A stretch of DNA of 64,000 nt from Peribolospora baueri (Eukaryota), in assembly GCA_029717555.1 (NCBI GenBank), contig JAMDHS010000012.1, positions 186,001-250,000 of the forward strand, given 5' to 3'. The notes beneath the pieces were generated by a model, which was not told the origin of the DNA, ran no database searches, and saw only the letters and a program-made list of their open reading frames with translations. This document shows, piece by piece, positions 12,750-24,789 of the stretch (positions are counted from its first letter, which is position 1; each line of letters begins with the position of its first letter). The position numbers were made by a program, and so were the translations under genes.

Positions 12750-13121
12750 GGTGGGGACGAAGACGACCTTTTTCTTCCAGCGTCGTTCCGAGTCCTGCAA
12801 TTGATCGATGAGCAGCGGTCAGGGCAACAGCTGATTAGAGTTGGTTGTATTGCCGCTTGAAATCGTCCTCGTCATGCCGCGTCGTCGCCCGCCCGCGTCC
12901 TTTGCTTTGTGCGACCATCACGGGCAGATTGGGATCGCAGAGACAGCTCAGCTCGTCTTTCCGCCTTGTCCTCTCCCGTTCATCTCTCCCTCCCTTCGCC
13001 TATTTCGTCTTTTCGCACTTCGTGCAGCATCGCACGCTTCTGTCTTTCTGCGGCACTGGCTGTCCAGCGGCGACGGCCGTCGCACCGCCTTCATCCCCGC
13101 GTGGGGCACCGAGTCGTGGCC

Positions 13122-16100
13122 ATGTCCAGTTTCAGGACGCCACCCGAAGGCGTGGAAGTTCGACGTCACCAAAACACAACCTCCCACCGTGAATTGCCCC
13201 CTCCCTCATTCATCGCCGACCTGCTCAACTCGTCTTCCATCTTGGACCCGCCGCCCGCATCGAACATGGCCAACCTTCCTCGCCCCGATTCACCTCGGCG
13301 CTCACCGCTGCCCGACCCCACGACACTTACGAGAACGCTCAGCAGGCCTGGCTCCGATCCTCTTTTACCCCACCCTGACACCTTTTCCAGCCTGCCCAAC
13401 CATCTCAGCAGCCTGCAGATCGCCGCAGAGGTGGCGAGGTTCGAGTATTTCAGGGATCATCCACGACCGCGCCCAGTCGGCGACCCCGAGTCGGGCCTTG
13501 GCACCGACGAAGGTCGACGCCCTTCCAGGTTGCAGCAAGGAGAGACGCCCGGGGAGAGAGCATGGTATGCGTCCGGCTGGCTCGCTTCCTCTCTCGAACA
13601 ACCCGACTCGGAAGAGGCACAAGTTCGAACCCACGCCGATGCGTGGGATCGACTGGTCGCCGACCTCGGCTCTTCCTCGCCCTCATCTCTCTACCCGTCT
13701 TACGCCTCCCCCTTTGCGAGCTCCTTTGCGCACGTCTATCACCGCCTCCAACCACATCCCATTATGGCTCGTCGATATCCCGGCCCAGCGGGCGAATGGC
13801 TCCGTGCCGAGCTCGAGCGGAGAAGTGCTCCTCAAGCTGGGCGTAGAGAAGGGACGGATCGGAACAGACGCTGGATGAGCGGCTGGGGAGCAGGTACAAC
13901 TTTTGACCAGAACTTGGCCGAGTTTGACCTCCGCTCCTCTGAGAGGCAAGCCGAGACGGACAGGCCGGGACTTGGTCTGAGTGACTCGACTCGATTGACG
14001 GACGCGGACGCTCAACGGCGCGCTACGCTCGTCCGATTGCTGCCGCGAGTTAGATTGAGTGCGGACAACTCGATAACCGCTCCGGACGATATGATGAACC
14101 TCAGCGATACCTCTAGTGAGTCCTCCAGCAACGATCTGCCAACGCCGACAGGCGACTACTCGCGGGGAAACAACCGAGACGAGGAGGACATGGTATTAGA
14201 GGGCAGTTATCTGTTGAACGCCCGGAGGCGATTGCTCGGGACCGCAAGGGCTCTTCAGAGGGAAGAACAGGGAGCGGGGAGGGAGTGGTCAGTAGTGAGC
14301 CACCGTCGTTCCGGCCGTAGGCCTTTATCATCGGATACGTCGTCGGCGTCGACGCTCACTGGCACAGTCACGCCACAAGCGTCGCGTGAGCCCGTGCGAC
14401 CGTCGGGCGCATTTGCGCGTGCGTTCCCTCTGTCCTCGCAAGCGGAACGACGTCCTTCTTCCTCCGGTACACTTAGTAGCACCGCACCTTCTTCTTCCGT
14501 CGCTCGACCAGCTTTGCATGCAAACGCTACCGTACCCCCGCCTCCTTTGCCAGGTCAGCCAATTCCCGTCTACGCGCCCTCGGGCTTACGCCATCGACCT
14601 CTCTCTCCTCGTCCCTCTGATCCGTCTTCCACCACTGCCGCCACCGCTACCCCTCCGGTTCCTCGTATGATCCCTCGTGATCCGGTCGCCGGACGCGAGC
14701 AGCCTGCACGATCTTTCTCAGGTTTGCTCGCGCATCTCGACGCTTGGAGCGGGAGCCCTGAAGCCATGGAGACGGACGATGATCACTCGGGAAGAGGATC
14801 GCGAAGTGTTGACGGGAATGCCGACGACGACGCTGGCGCGACCGGAGGAGACAATTTCGGCTTCGGAGGCCCAAGACGCTCGCGGCTGTTGGCAATGCGT
14901 CCTTTGGATCGACAAAACCCTTCGAACGCTGACGACCATTCCACGGCGGGCGGTCGCACGGAACTGCGGGTTGGCGTTGGTCAAGCCCGTTCAACTCGAC
15001 GTAGGGATGTTTGGCAGGGCGCCAGCGAAGCGGACCGGGAGGCGGAGCAGGCTCGGAGAAACAGGAACAGGAACAGTGTGGTCACGACACGGGAGGACGG
15101 CGAGTGGACGGTGGTAGGCAGCGAAGCGGCGGACGCTCGGCGGACCCCCTCGTTTACGATCAACCCCCCAGCCGCCTCAGCGTCTGAGAACGCCGCCGTA
15201 CAAGAGGCGACGGCTGAGCTGGCTTCCACTCTGCGCACCCTTCGCGACACGTTTACTTCTTGGGATGACGAACGGCTGCGCCCTGGTCGTTTCAACGACT
15301 CTACGGAGTTGCTTATCCGCGCTCTCGCTCATCTCGATTCGCCATCCCCTCCGGCTGACGCCGGGGAGGATGAAAACGCACGCCATCAGACCGTCGACAA
15401 CGGCCGACTGAGAGAGCTGCGCGTGCCCCGTAGACAAGCCTCTCTCAGTCAGTCCGAGCTCGAAAGCTTTCAGCGGTCGTCTGATCGCTCGGTGTCGTTC
15501 ACCGACCAGCAACGGCCGTCTCAGAGCTATTCTCGCGGTGATGGAGATGGGCATGCAGCGGCGGCGGGTGGGGTTCGCATGCAAGCGCTAGGCAGCGGCG
15601 AAAGCATCGGCACCGGGGCCAACTTGGTTCGAAGACGAAGCATGCGCGAGAGTCTTGTTCCGTCGGGGCTCTCTATTCGTCGACAGCGCCACGCTGCGCT
15701 TGGAGAGCACCGCATGGGCACGGCAGCGTGGGGCGATGATGATATGTCTGTCGTGGCGACTGCCGGGTCAGAAGAGACAAGAGACCGCCGGATGGAAGTC
15801 GAGGACAGCGGTGCCCAGTCAGATGACGACAAGGACAACTCCGCCTCTTCCTCCGCCGTCGACGGTCCCTCTTCTCGTCCACTCCACTCCCTCCCTTCGC
15901 GACACACGCTGGCCTCTCGCTCCAACCTTAGGCGCGCCGGGCGCGCCGGTACCGGCACTGACACAGGCGCGTCCGTGAGAGGTTCGGCGGCATCTCGACG
16001 CGAACGGCCTCCCTTGAGGGCGGTTTATCCGCCCCAGCCACGCTTACCCTCTACGCTCTCGACAGCCACCTACCCGCTCCGATTCGAGCTCGTGGAGAGC

Positions 16101-17789
16101 AACGACGATGATCCCGTGCTCAGCACAGCCGTCAACAGCGGCGCCGAGGATGAGCATGAGAACGGCAACGAGAACGACGATCGCGACCCCCCTACGCCCA
16201 CCGCTGCCTCGTCTGCACGCGATATCTTGGGCTCGGGCACCTCCGTCGGTTCATTGCATCGTCGCTCGTCCGTTCTCAGTGGCCAAAGCGGCACAGCATT
16301 TAGCCGTGGTCAGTTGAGCCCAGCTCGCGCAGCTCGGGCGATCCGTGGCCTACGCGTGAGGCGGAGCAGCGTGGGCGATGCGAGGAACGTGTTCCGCAAC
16401 GACGAGAGCATTTACAGGACCAGACGCGGTCGCAACGTCGACCTTGTCATGCGCTTTCTCGTCGCTGTGCCGCCTCATTCGTCTTCGACTTCGTCGTCAT
16501 CGGCGCTAGCTGCAGTGGCAAATTCCAGTCAGCCTCCCTCTGTGTCCACGGCGACGGCGGAGCATAACGAGGCTGAGGGCGAGCGTGTCGCCGGATTGTC
16601 TCGTAGGGGTTTGGAGGGGAGCCATACCGAGTCGGGGTTGCAGACGGCAAGGCTGGGTGACGTAGAGGACGTAGGGATGGCGAATGTGGATGCTTCTCAG
16701 CCTGCACATGCAGAGGAGCTGGAGCAGGAAGAGGTGGAGGACCGAGGTCCCATATTCACCCTCACGAGGATGGTTCTCAAGGTGCCGGCGAGGAGAGGAG
16801 CGGCGGCGGTCAGGTGCGTGCACTTGACTGATTCGCTCGCTCTGCCATTGCCAGACGGTGGCAATATCGGAGACATGACGGGACGAAAGGGTTCGCTCAC
16901 CTCTCTGTCTTCGTCCTCGAATTCTCCTTGTGCTGGAATGCCCGGGTGTAGCGAGGGGATGGTCTTCATCAGCTTCGACCCCATCTGTCCGGAAGGTGAG
17001 CGCGTCTGCAGAGCGCTGGCAGTTGGTTGCTTCGCTGTACTGATCCAGTCCATGCGGCTGTCAGACCTCGCATACTACAATGATTTCACCGCGTCGGACG
17101 TGCAGGATCTCGTCGATCGTACCGGCATCGTCGGCCCCGGTCTTGCCCCCTCGGCGCGCACGGCCCCTCACCAGGTGGAAAGTGGTGGGAACCGGCGCCA
17201 GAGGGAGGAGGTCGAAGGAAAGGAGGAATTCGAGCAGGAAGGAGACGCCGACAGGGGAACCTTCAAGCGACGTCGGCTGAACGGGTACGGCAGTAATGGA
17301 TTGGGTACTGACGCCGACTCCGAGGCAGGCGACGCCGATGCTCGGTTCGATCCAGCGACCGTCTCCCCTAGCTTTGCCGCCCTCCGAGTCAGTTCCCCTG
17401 CCATCGCTCCTAATCCGCCCCGCCCTCCCATTCTTCCCGCAGCTTTCTTCTCGTTCCCGCCCTCAACTTATCAGACCGAGCTTAACTTCCTCGACCAGCC
17501 TCAAAGGGGCCTCGGGGGTCGCTATGTCGCCGTCAAGCTCCTTCGCGCAAGGAGGGATCCGGAGGCTCTGGTTACGTTGTCAAGGTTGACCGGGGCCGCG
17601 CGAACGGAACCGGATCGGAGCTCGCGCTCGAGGCCAGGAGGTGCTGCCGGTGGTGCAAGACCAACGAATGGAGGAGAGGAAGGGGTGGAGGACGCGGAGT
17701 TGTACTACGATGACATGGAGGTGCAGTGGGTCGGCCTCATGGGCTACACCGGCAGGAGGTCGTTCCAGAGCTCCGGCGAGCTCATTTGA
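13122..17789 (+). CDS. large, mostly disordered hypothetical protein with a conserved-looking beta-rich C-terminal domain
   Basis: Long ORF (12909-17789) with first ATG at 13122 and two probable in-frame introns (16814-16951, 16996-17064). Ordered blocks: NVFRNDESIYRT, FTLTRMVLKVP, EGMVFIS, GRYVAVKLL, DMEVQWVGLMGY. Confidence 0.8.
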   Translation: MSSFRTPPEGVEVRRHQNTTSHRELPPPSFIADLLNSSSILDPPPASNMANLPRPDSPRRSPLPDPTTLTRTLSRPGSDPLLPHPDTFSSLPNHLSSLQIAAEVARFEYFRDHPRPRPVGDPESGLGTDEGRRPSRLQQGETPGERAWYASGWLASSLEQPDSEEAQVRTHADAWDRLVADLGSSSPSSLYPSYASPFASSFAHVYHRLQPHPIMARRYPGPAGEWLRAELERRSAPQAGRREGTDRNRRWMSGWGAGTTFDQNLAEFDLRSSERQAETDRPGLGLSDSTRLTDADAQRRATLVRLLPRVRLSADNSITAPDDMMNLSDTSSESSSNDLPTPTGDYSRGNNRDEEDMVLEGSYLLNARRRLLGTARALQREEQGAGREWSVVSHRRSGRRPLSSDTSSASTLTGTVTPQASREPVRPSGAFARAFPLSSQAERRPSSSGTLSSTAPSSSVARPALHANATVPPPPLPGQPIPVYAPSGLRHRPLSPRPSDPSSTTAATATPPVPRMIPRDPVAGREQPARSFSGLLAHLDAWSGSPEAMETDDDHSGRGSRSVDGNADDDAGATGGDNFGFGGPRRSRLLAMRPLDRQNPSNADDHSTAGGRTELRVGVGQARSTRRRDVWQGASEADREAEQARRNRNRNSVVTTREDGEWTVVGSEAADARRTPSFTINPPAASASENAAVQEATAELASTLRTLRDTFTSWDDERLRPGRFNDSTELLIRALAHLDSPSPPADAGEDENARHQTVDNGRLRELRVPRRQASLSQSELESFQRSSDRSVSFTDQQRPSQSYSRGDGDGHAAAAGGVRMQALGSGESIGTGANLVRRRSMRESLVPSGLSIRRQRHAALGEHRMGTAAWGDDDMSVVATAGSEETRDRRMEVEDSGAQSDDDKDNSASSSAVDGPSSRPLHSLPSRHTLASRSNLRRAGRAGTGTDTGASVRGSAASRRERPPLRAVYPPQPRLPSTLSTATYPLRFELVESNDDDPVLSTAVNSGAEDEHENGNENDDRDPPTPTAASSARDILGSGTSVGSLHRRSSVLSGQSGTAFSRGQLSPARAARAIRGLRVRRSSVGDARNVFRNDESIYRTRRGRNVDLVMRFLVAVPPHSSSTSSSSALAAVANSSQPPSVSTATAEHNEAEGERVAGLSRRGLEGSHTESGLQTARLGDVEDVGMANVDASQPAHAEELEQEEVEDRGPIFTLTRMVLKVPARRGAAAVRCVHLTDSLALPLPDGGNIGDMTGRKGSLTSLSSSSNSPCAGMPGCSEGMVFISFDPICPEGERVCRALAVGCFAVLIQSMRLSDLAYYNDFTASDVQDLVDRTGIVGPGLAPSARTAPHQVESGGNRRQREEVEGKEEFEQEGDADRGTFKRRRLNGYGSNGLGTDADSEAGDADARFDPATVSPSFAALRVSSPAIAPNPPRPPILPAAFFSFPPSTYQTELNFLDQPQRGLGGRYVAVKLLRARRDPEALVTLSRLTGAARTEPDRSSRSRPGGAAGGARPTNGGEEGVEDAELYYDDMEVQWVGLMGYTGRRSFQSSGELI

Positions 17790-18335
17790 GACCCTTCTTG
17801 TGGCGAGGGTGTTGCAGTCATCCCGCCGCTCGATGCTCGAGCGCTCGAGTTATCACACGGCCTAACCCGTCCGTGGCTCGCTCCACCTATATGCAAGGCG
17901 TCGTCTATCGTCTTGCGATTTGTTGCTTGCCAGCTTCTCTCTTGTTCCCGTCAGTCAGTATTCAGTCAGCGGATACCCTTTGCGCATTCGCAATCTCAAA
18001 AGCTCGGCGGCCTTCGTCCGGATCGGTGCCCTGTATAAGTACGTGTTCTTTGACACGATTTGTTCACACAGCCTCAAAGTCGCGATGCGCCAGTGATATG
18101 AAACCTATTCTGATTTTAAAGATGCTACATGGATACAAAGATAACGACGGATGCACCGTTGCGAACCGGGCCTCTGAAAGACCACGACCGTTCGAGAGTA
18201 CTGCGTCTCTGAATGTCTGCTGAATTCGAGTCGGATGGCGAGACAGTTGGGCATGGAAACGAAAATTGGAATAAGGGGGATTGGACTCGGGGCCGGGCGT
18301 CCCAACCGAACCTTTGAGCATGTGACAGGACTTCG

Positions 18336-21300
18336 TCACATGCGCGCCAGGTTGTCAAACCCTTTGGGAACCTATTGACCCGGGAGTCGAGGTTCGAGCG
18401 TAAAGTAGTGCCATCTTCAGTACCGCATCTGGACGGATAACTGCGGCAAAGAGTTGAACCAAGAAGTCATGTTACGAATGGGAGTGGAAAGGAAGGCTCA
18501 CCTTCCAACCGTGTGTGTTTGCTGCGCGTCTGTAGCCTGCAATAGCCTCTGTGATCGTGTAAGGCCTGTTATAGTCGTACGGGCGTATTGATGAGTATCA
18601 GAACGTTTGTGCGAGCTCGTTTTCCGTCAGTGACCTCCGCGCAGTCTTTGGACCACTCACCCAGTTGTACGCGAGCCTCGCCGGACGCGGCTCGCCGTCG
18701 GAGATGGCTAGCCTAATCTGCATGAGTACCGCTTCCATGGAGTAACTTTTGTCCCAGCCGCTGTCGGTGAGCTGGTTAATCAATGCAGAAGAGAACACGA
18801 AGGCGGAAGGTGCACAAATATCAACTATCGGCTTATGAGCTCAGGATGCCAGCAAGTCGGGTATCACGCCAACGCCATCCGACCTGTGCACTGACCAAGT
18901 CAATACAAATCGAACCGCCCCCGGTGATATGCCCTCCACCGCCCTCCACGAAAGGAAGGACTCGCGGTGTAATGAGCCGGACGAAGGGCGGCGTAGATTT
19001 ATAGTCGGGTGGGAAGCGGATCTCAAAGAGGAACGAGTTGATATTGCTGTATAACCGCACGTCGTAGATGTGCAGAACAATGCAACTCCATGAGTACAAG
19101 TTCCGATCGCCGCCACCAAGGGGCGGAGGAGTATGACCGCAAAAAACGCACGCACTTCTTCTTCATGTCTTCTGCTATCGGTGAGCTGGGGTCGAACGAG
19201 TGCAGTTCGACAATCCACTGGAAAAGGTTGTCCTTGTTCTTATTGAACTCGGGAGGCTGTTCGGGGGCGCCAACAGAGGAAAGACGACGTGGCAAGGAAG
19301 GAGCAACGTAAACACTGTGACCCCCGAAGACTTCTCATTCCATAAGAAAGCGGATGTAAAAACGGCTCACCAAGTAAAACCCGAGCTCCTTCAAGCTCTT
19401 CGCCTTGTTCTGCAAGTTAAGCACCGCATCGTACTCGAGCTTGACTGCCCTTGCCGCCCCCCTAGATGCTTCGTCTGGCGGCGGCAGCAGCTTGACTAAC
19501 GTATGGCTGATTTTCCCTGGTTTCTAGTTGCCAAGAAAAGATGAGCATGCGAGACGACGTCAGTCATGTATAACAATGAGGCTTCTACCTCAACGGCTTC
19601 ATAAAATCGGGCCCTTTCTCACCCAATCGTCCTTGGGGCGGATGGGCAGCACCGAGGCCGCCTTGTGCAGGCTGAAGACGCGGTGACCATCCTTAGGAGC
19701 TTTATATTTCTTTCCCTGCAGGACGGCCCGATCTTCCTCGTCATACAAGTCGTCTCTGCGTTCGCCCCGCCTCGCCTTGACCAGCTGGTCGATTTTTCCC
19801 TGCATGCTCGGGATCTGAACCAGTTCGTTTTCGTAGTAAAGCGGGTATGAAGGATCTTGGTCAATCAAGGCGGTGACTGACCAGCCTGCGGCGGAAGCTT
19901 TGAGTTTGTGGCTCGACCCATGGAACGTCTCCACGACGAGGTAACTGTAGGGAGTCGACTCCTAAGTATAAGCAGGTTTGTTGAATGGATACGACGGCGT
20001 GGATAGCAACTCACCGGGCCATGATCCAGTCGGTGTTGTCAATGACCAAGGCCGGGGCCCTGCAGACGAACCTCTTGGGCTGATTGACGATCTCGGCTAT
20101 CAATAACAATGCGCATGGGCGCAGTTGACTAGACCGCCAGAAGGTGGAAGTTGTCTTGGAGTATTTTCGCATCATCTTCCCGTCCCTCGAGAAGTAGACA
20201 CCATTTCCATGCGATCGGCCGTGCTTCATCTACGAACCGAAAAGAGGCGCCTGTCAGACAAGTCCCGATGTCCATTCAGCCGCAGGTTCTCACCATTTTG
20301 TAATGCAAACCGACGCGGATTATCTGGAAGGGAATGAGGCAAACGGGGAGCGAAGTCGGCTCACCGACCTCTCGCATAGAAGCAACAACCCAAAGGAGAG
20401 AAAGTAGACTTACTGAATGCCAGTCTTCCACGCAGCTTCCATGAAAGGCGTATATTGTAGGATACAGAACTGCGTTATGGTCCTTTGCCTTTGCGTCCTT
20501 CACCGCGCGCCGAAACCGTTCCTCTTTATTGGGCGCTCCGAACAAGAAGCGAAACTGGCGCCACTCGTTGTTATCTGAAGTCCAGTAGGCCGTAGATGGT
20601 GAGAAGTGGGGGATTAGCCATTGTCGGATACGACGGGCGAGGAGAAGACGCACGCAGAGACACGAGGTCGTCCTCGTTAGTAATATCCTCAATGTGGGCC
20701 TGACAGGAAGCGACGCACCTGTATCGAGACGTCCAAGACAATCCAGCCGTCAGCTCGGTGATCACGCGTGAACCAGGCATGGACTCAGGACCGACCAACG
20801 GAGGACTTTCCAAGCAGCAGGAGCAATCTCCTTGCCATGGGATTTATCCGCTATGGTCTCAGATTTCTACATACAGTAGAGAGGTCACGGAGTCAGTGGG
20901 TGGCCCTGATGGAGGGGGGTGAACATTCCACTCACGACCGTGAAGGGCAGCCTGTCAAAATCGACCAATCCATCCGATCCCGGCCCCACTGCGTCGCTGG
21001 GGGAGTGGTTACTCTGATGCGTGGGCTGGGAGCAATTGGGTGTCGGGACGCGAATGCCCATGCCCGTGGGCAGACTCCCGTCAGGTTGTAGACCCCCGTC
21101 CCGGGCGGCCACGTACGTCAGCGAGACGAGGAGATCGACGACCGTCGGGTTGTTGACGATCTCGCGTTCGACGGACAGGCCGAGTTTTAGCTTATAGTAC
21201 TGGTCCGCACAAACTTCGGATTCGCAGACGTGACTTCGACACAGGGACGCGCACAAGGTCAGCCTCGCATTCACCGCGATGCAAACGGGTCGAAACTAGG

Positions 21301-23369
21301 AACTCTTCGTCCTCACGGAATGAGCGTCTCAATATCAGTACCGGTCCTTTTGTGACATACCACGCAATACAGAGCGCTGAGCTGCATGCGCGCGAAGATG
21401 AAATGCCTGGGTTAAGTTCTGAGCCAGATACAGGCGCCAACCACGTTCCAAAGGTGGCGAAACGGAGAACTCACCATCAGCCTTCTGACGAGAAAGGAAT
21501 ACGCCATCCAAGGCAAGTTTTGATGCGAGGTTTTGGCCGTGTCGAGATAAAGAGAGTCGGCCGGAAGGGTGTGCCGCCATCTTACATCCAGTTCAGCCTG
21601 ATCGGCGTTGTTGATACCCTGAACGCGACGGGAACATGTGAGACGTTTGCACTGAACTTCTCTGCGTAGGATGAGAACTATTCAGTGCTTACATCTTTGA
21701 ACCTTTCAAAGACGCGATCTGGCCGTTCCTGCAGCTCAACGACCTTGGCCAGGAGCAACTCCGCGCCAGCCCACCCGATTTCAAACGAGATGCGAAGGTC
21801 GACAAGGCGCATAAATTGGTCGTTGAGGACGCCCTCGAGACTCTCGCTCAGAGAGAAGCCTTCAAAGTCTCGTTTTTCGTCTTCTCCTGACGTTCCCTGG
21901 ACTCCCTCCGCTGTCTGCAGCAAGACATTGCGACAAGGCTTGGACGATTGGCACAGACCGACGTGGAAGTTGATAGAAGTCTCAGGAGACACCGAGAAGG
22001 TGCGCTGGGTACGAGCCACTTCGTCGAGCGAGTACGGGTCCTGCAGGCCACCGATAATTAGGACGAGATGATACGACCTTTGCCAAGGCGAGGGGAGGTG
22101 GTAGGAGAGGACAGACCACCAGTTCAACGGCAGGGATGCGATAAAGCGGAGACACGCTCAACTCACTTCTCCAGCAGACGCGGATCCCGGGCTATGAGAA
22201 CTTCGGGTTCAATACCGAGATCGAGTACCCTGCAAGATACGGCGAGGGTAAAAGAGGTAGGAGAGAAGCGGGTCATGCTGGGCTGGTAGCCGGCTGAAAT
22301 CACTTGCTTGAAGTCGCTGCACGATATAAAAAGGGGAAGCGAGTTTATGTCACACAAAAGAGCCGATGGACAAGAGACGACTACAAAGACAGACGCATAT
22401 GCAAGACGCTGACCTTTGCAAAACTTTAAGCTGTTTCTTTTGGCCGCCGAAGCAGTCGTCGTCGTCATCATCATCATCCTCTTCAGAGCGATTCCCGTCC
22501 TCGCCATCGTCGCTCGGGAGGGGCGAGGAGTCGATTTTGTACGGGCTCGCGAAGAGGTGTCGGGGCAAGCTATAGACTCCGTTGGCGATCTCCTGAACGA
22601 TGAAGACAATGGTATCATGGAGAGGTCTAGGCTGAGCGGTGGATACAGATTTAACGGCGGCGGTCGCTGATAAGGGGTGAGCATGAGACGAGCGCAGACG
22701 AGCGATGTGAGATCCTTTGCAGAGCGTGCGAACAAAGAAAAAAAAAAGAAGGGTTGTAGACTCGCCATCGGCAGAACTTTCGTCATTCAACGTGGCGACG
22801 ACGGAATGAGCCTTCGGGTAGTCATTCGTGTCTGTAGAGGGGGAAGAACGAGCCGACGAGTCAATAGCCGCGCCCGGTGTCGGTCGAACGAGAACGACAA
22901 ACGCATACGAGTAATGACGAGCGTCACAGAGCAATCGATGGCAGGAGAAGGCCCTCCCTCTACGTCAATTACCACATGACATGTGCCTTCGTCCCTTCCC
23001 TTGGTGAGGCCTGCGAAAGAAAACGTCGGGCAGGCGGGAAGTGAAGACGAATGAAGGAGCTCCCTGGGCGCCCAGATAGGGGCTTGACAGAAGGGAGAGA
23101 AGGACGAGTGGCTCACGATTAACGATCGCAACCCCGTGGTCGTCGACCGCCCACGGCTTCTTTCGAGTCAGCTCATCTACATCATCCAAGAAGCCGCGAC
23201 GTCCTATCTTGGCGCGGGTGCTACCTCCTTGCCAGCCGGTCTCGCCCTTGCCGGCCGCTCGTGTGGTTATTGAAGTCGAAAGAGCCGAGCCTCCGTCGGC
23301 GCGTTTCTCCTGCGCCTTGGCCTGAGCAGCCTTGATGCGTGTACATAACCAACTGGAAGAGGTTTTCAT
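18336..23369 (-). CDS. PARP6/8-like ADP-ribosyltransferase fused to a C-terminal ubiquitin-conjugating (UBE2Q-like E2) domain, many exons
   Basis: Spliced motifs: YCVVCHK...HVCESEVC (four Cys), YAFHGS..WHSIIRVGLHY, HGRSHGNGVYF, IAEIVN. The E2 part reads DNLFQWIVELHSFD, FEIRFPPDYKSTPPFVRLITPR, GGHITGGGSICIDLLTDSGW, YSMEAVLMQIRLAI. Last exon VPKGFDNLARM* (18336-18371). The start at 23369 is tentative. Confidence 0.9.
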
Positions 23370-24789
23370 TTCTGCTTCTTCATCACCTGGTATTCGTCGG
23401 GCGAGGGTACCATGAAGATGTTACTGGGACGAGTGAGACGTGGGGCATGTCGCACTTGCGAGAGGAAGAGCGAATCGCGGGCACGTCTTAAGAGGGGCGA
23501 AAAAGGAAGAGAGATGAAGGAGCTAACAGAGGTTCCCAGCATTGATAAACGACGAGCTCCACAAGGCAAGATGGTTTCCCCTTTTTTCGCAGTGTCTCAC
23601 GTCCCCGTCTCGTCAGCGGTCAGCGGTCTCACGCTGCCAATCACGGGCGCGCCGCCTTCCCTTTCGCCTGTCGGGGATGGGAGGAAGGAGATGATCGGAA
23701 AAGGTGAGAGCGGCGCCAACCCCATTCCTCCCGACTTTTTCCTAATTGTCTGGCTTGCGCCCGCACCGCGCCCTCGAACGGTGAGCCGTCGTGAGCGGGA
23801 CGCGAAGCTGAGCACGTCCGAGGTCGTTGTCACGCACACGACGCGGGTAAATGAACGAGGAGGGTCAACGACCGGACACTCCCTCCGACGCCATCAGACG
23901 TCCTCTCGACCAGTCGACCCACGTTGAGTGAGGAAGTCCGCCATGCTTGTGCTCCATCGATTTGCGGCGGAGGAGTTGGTGTTCCGTATGAAGGTCTGCG
24001 ATCGAAATCGGGCTCAACACGTGAGGAAAAGCAAGGGAGAGGGATGCACGTTCAGAACCGAGGGTCACCAACGTCAACTGACCCATCGTCAAGCTTTAAA
24101 AGGCTCGACGAGGATGCTGGTACATCAGTGATGTGAGACGGTGGTACGAGACTGCCCAATTCCCTCACTCCTTGGACGAGCTGGGGGAATGAACATCATT
24201 CCCTCTGCACGTGACCCGTCATCTGTGACTTCGCGTTCACGTGCTCGGCGTTAACGCGAGGGAGATCTCTCCAGTTCTCCATCATCGGAAGAGGTCGAAA
24301 AGGACCGTATATATAGACGGGAGTCCGTGGAACAGAGTAAGGGTAGAGTAAACGGACGGAGTAACTGAAGAGTCAACGAGAGACAGCCACGGCGAATATG
24401 TTGGGAGGGGGAGTCGTCAGAGTTAGGCGGGGATTGCAACACATGCAACACCTCTACACTACAGATGCCATTCCGGCGGGGCGAGATGCATGCGCGCACA
24501 GCTCACCGTTTAGGAAGACCGACGGACGACGACCAACGACACCGTTTGCCTCACTGGACCGAACGGAGCAGGAGGGGAGCACGCCAGTTGGGACATCTAA
24601 GAAACGAGATCGTTAACCTTGGATAGTAGGTAGAGTACACGGCGAAATGACGAGGGGGAATATGGACACGATCGGCAGAGGAAAAAGGACGGAGAGGAAC
24701 AGCGGTGACAGCAGAACGGCGGAGAACGCCGAGATAAGATAAAGGAAGAGTCGTCCGAGTCGTCCGTCCAAGAAGAATCGAATTATGAA

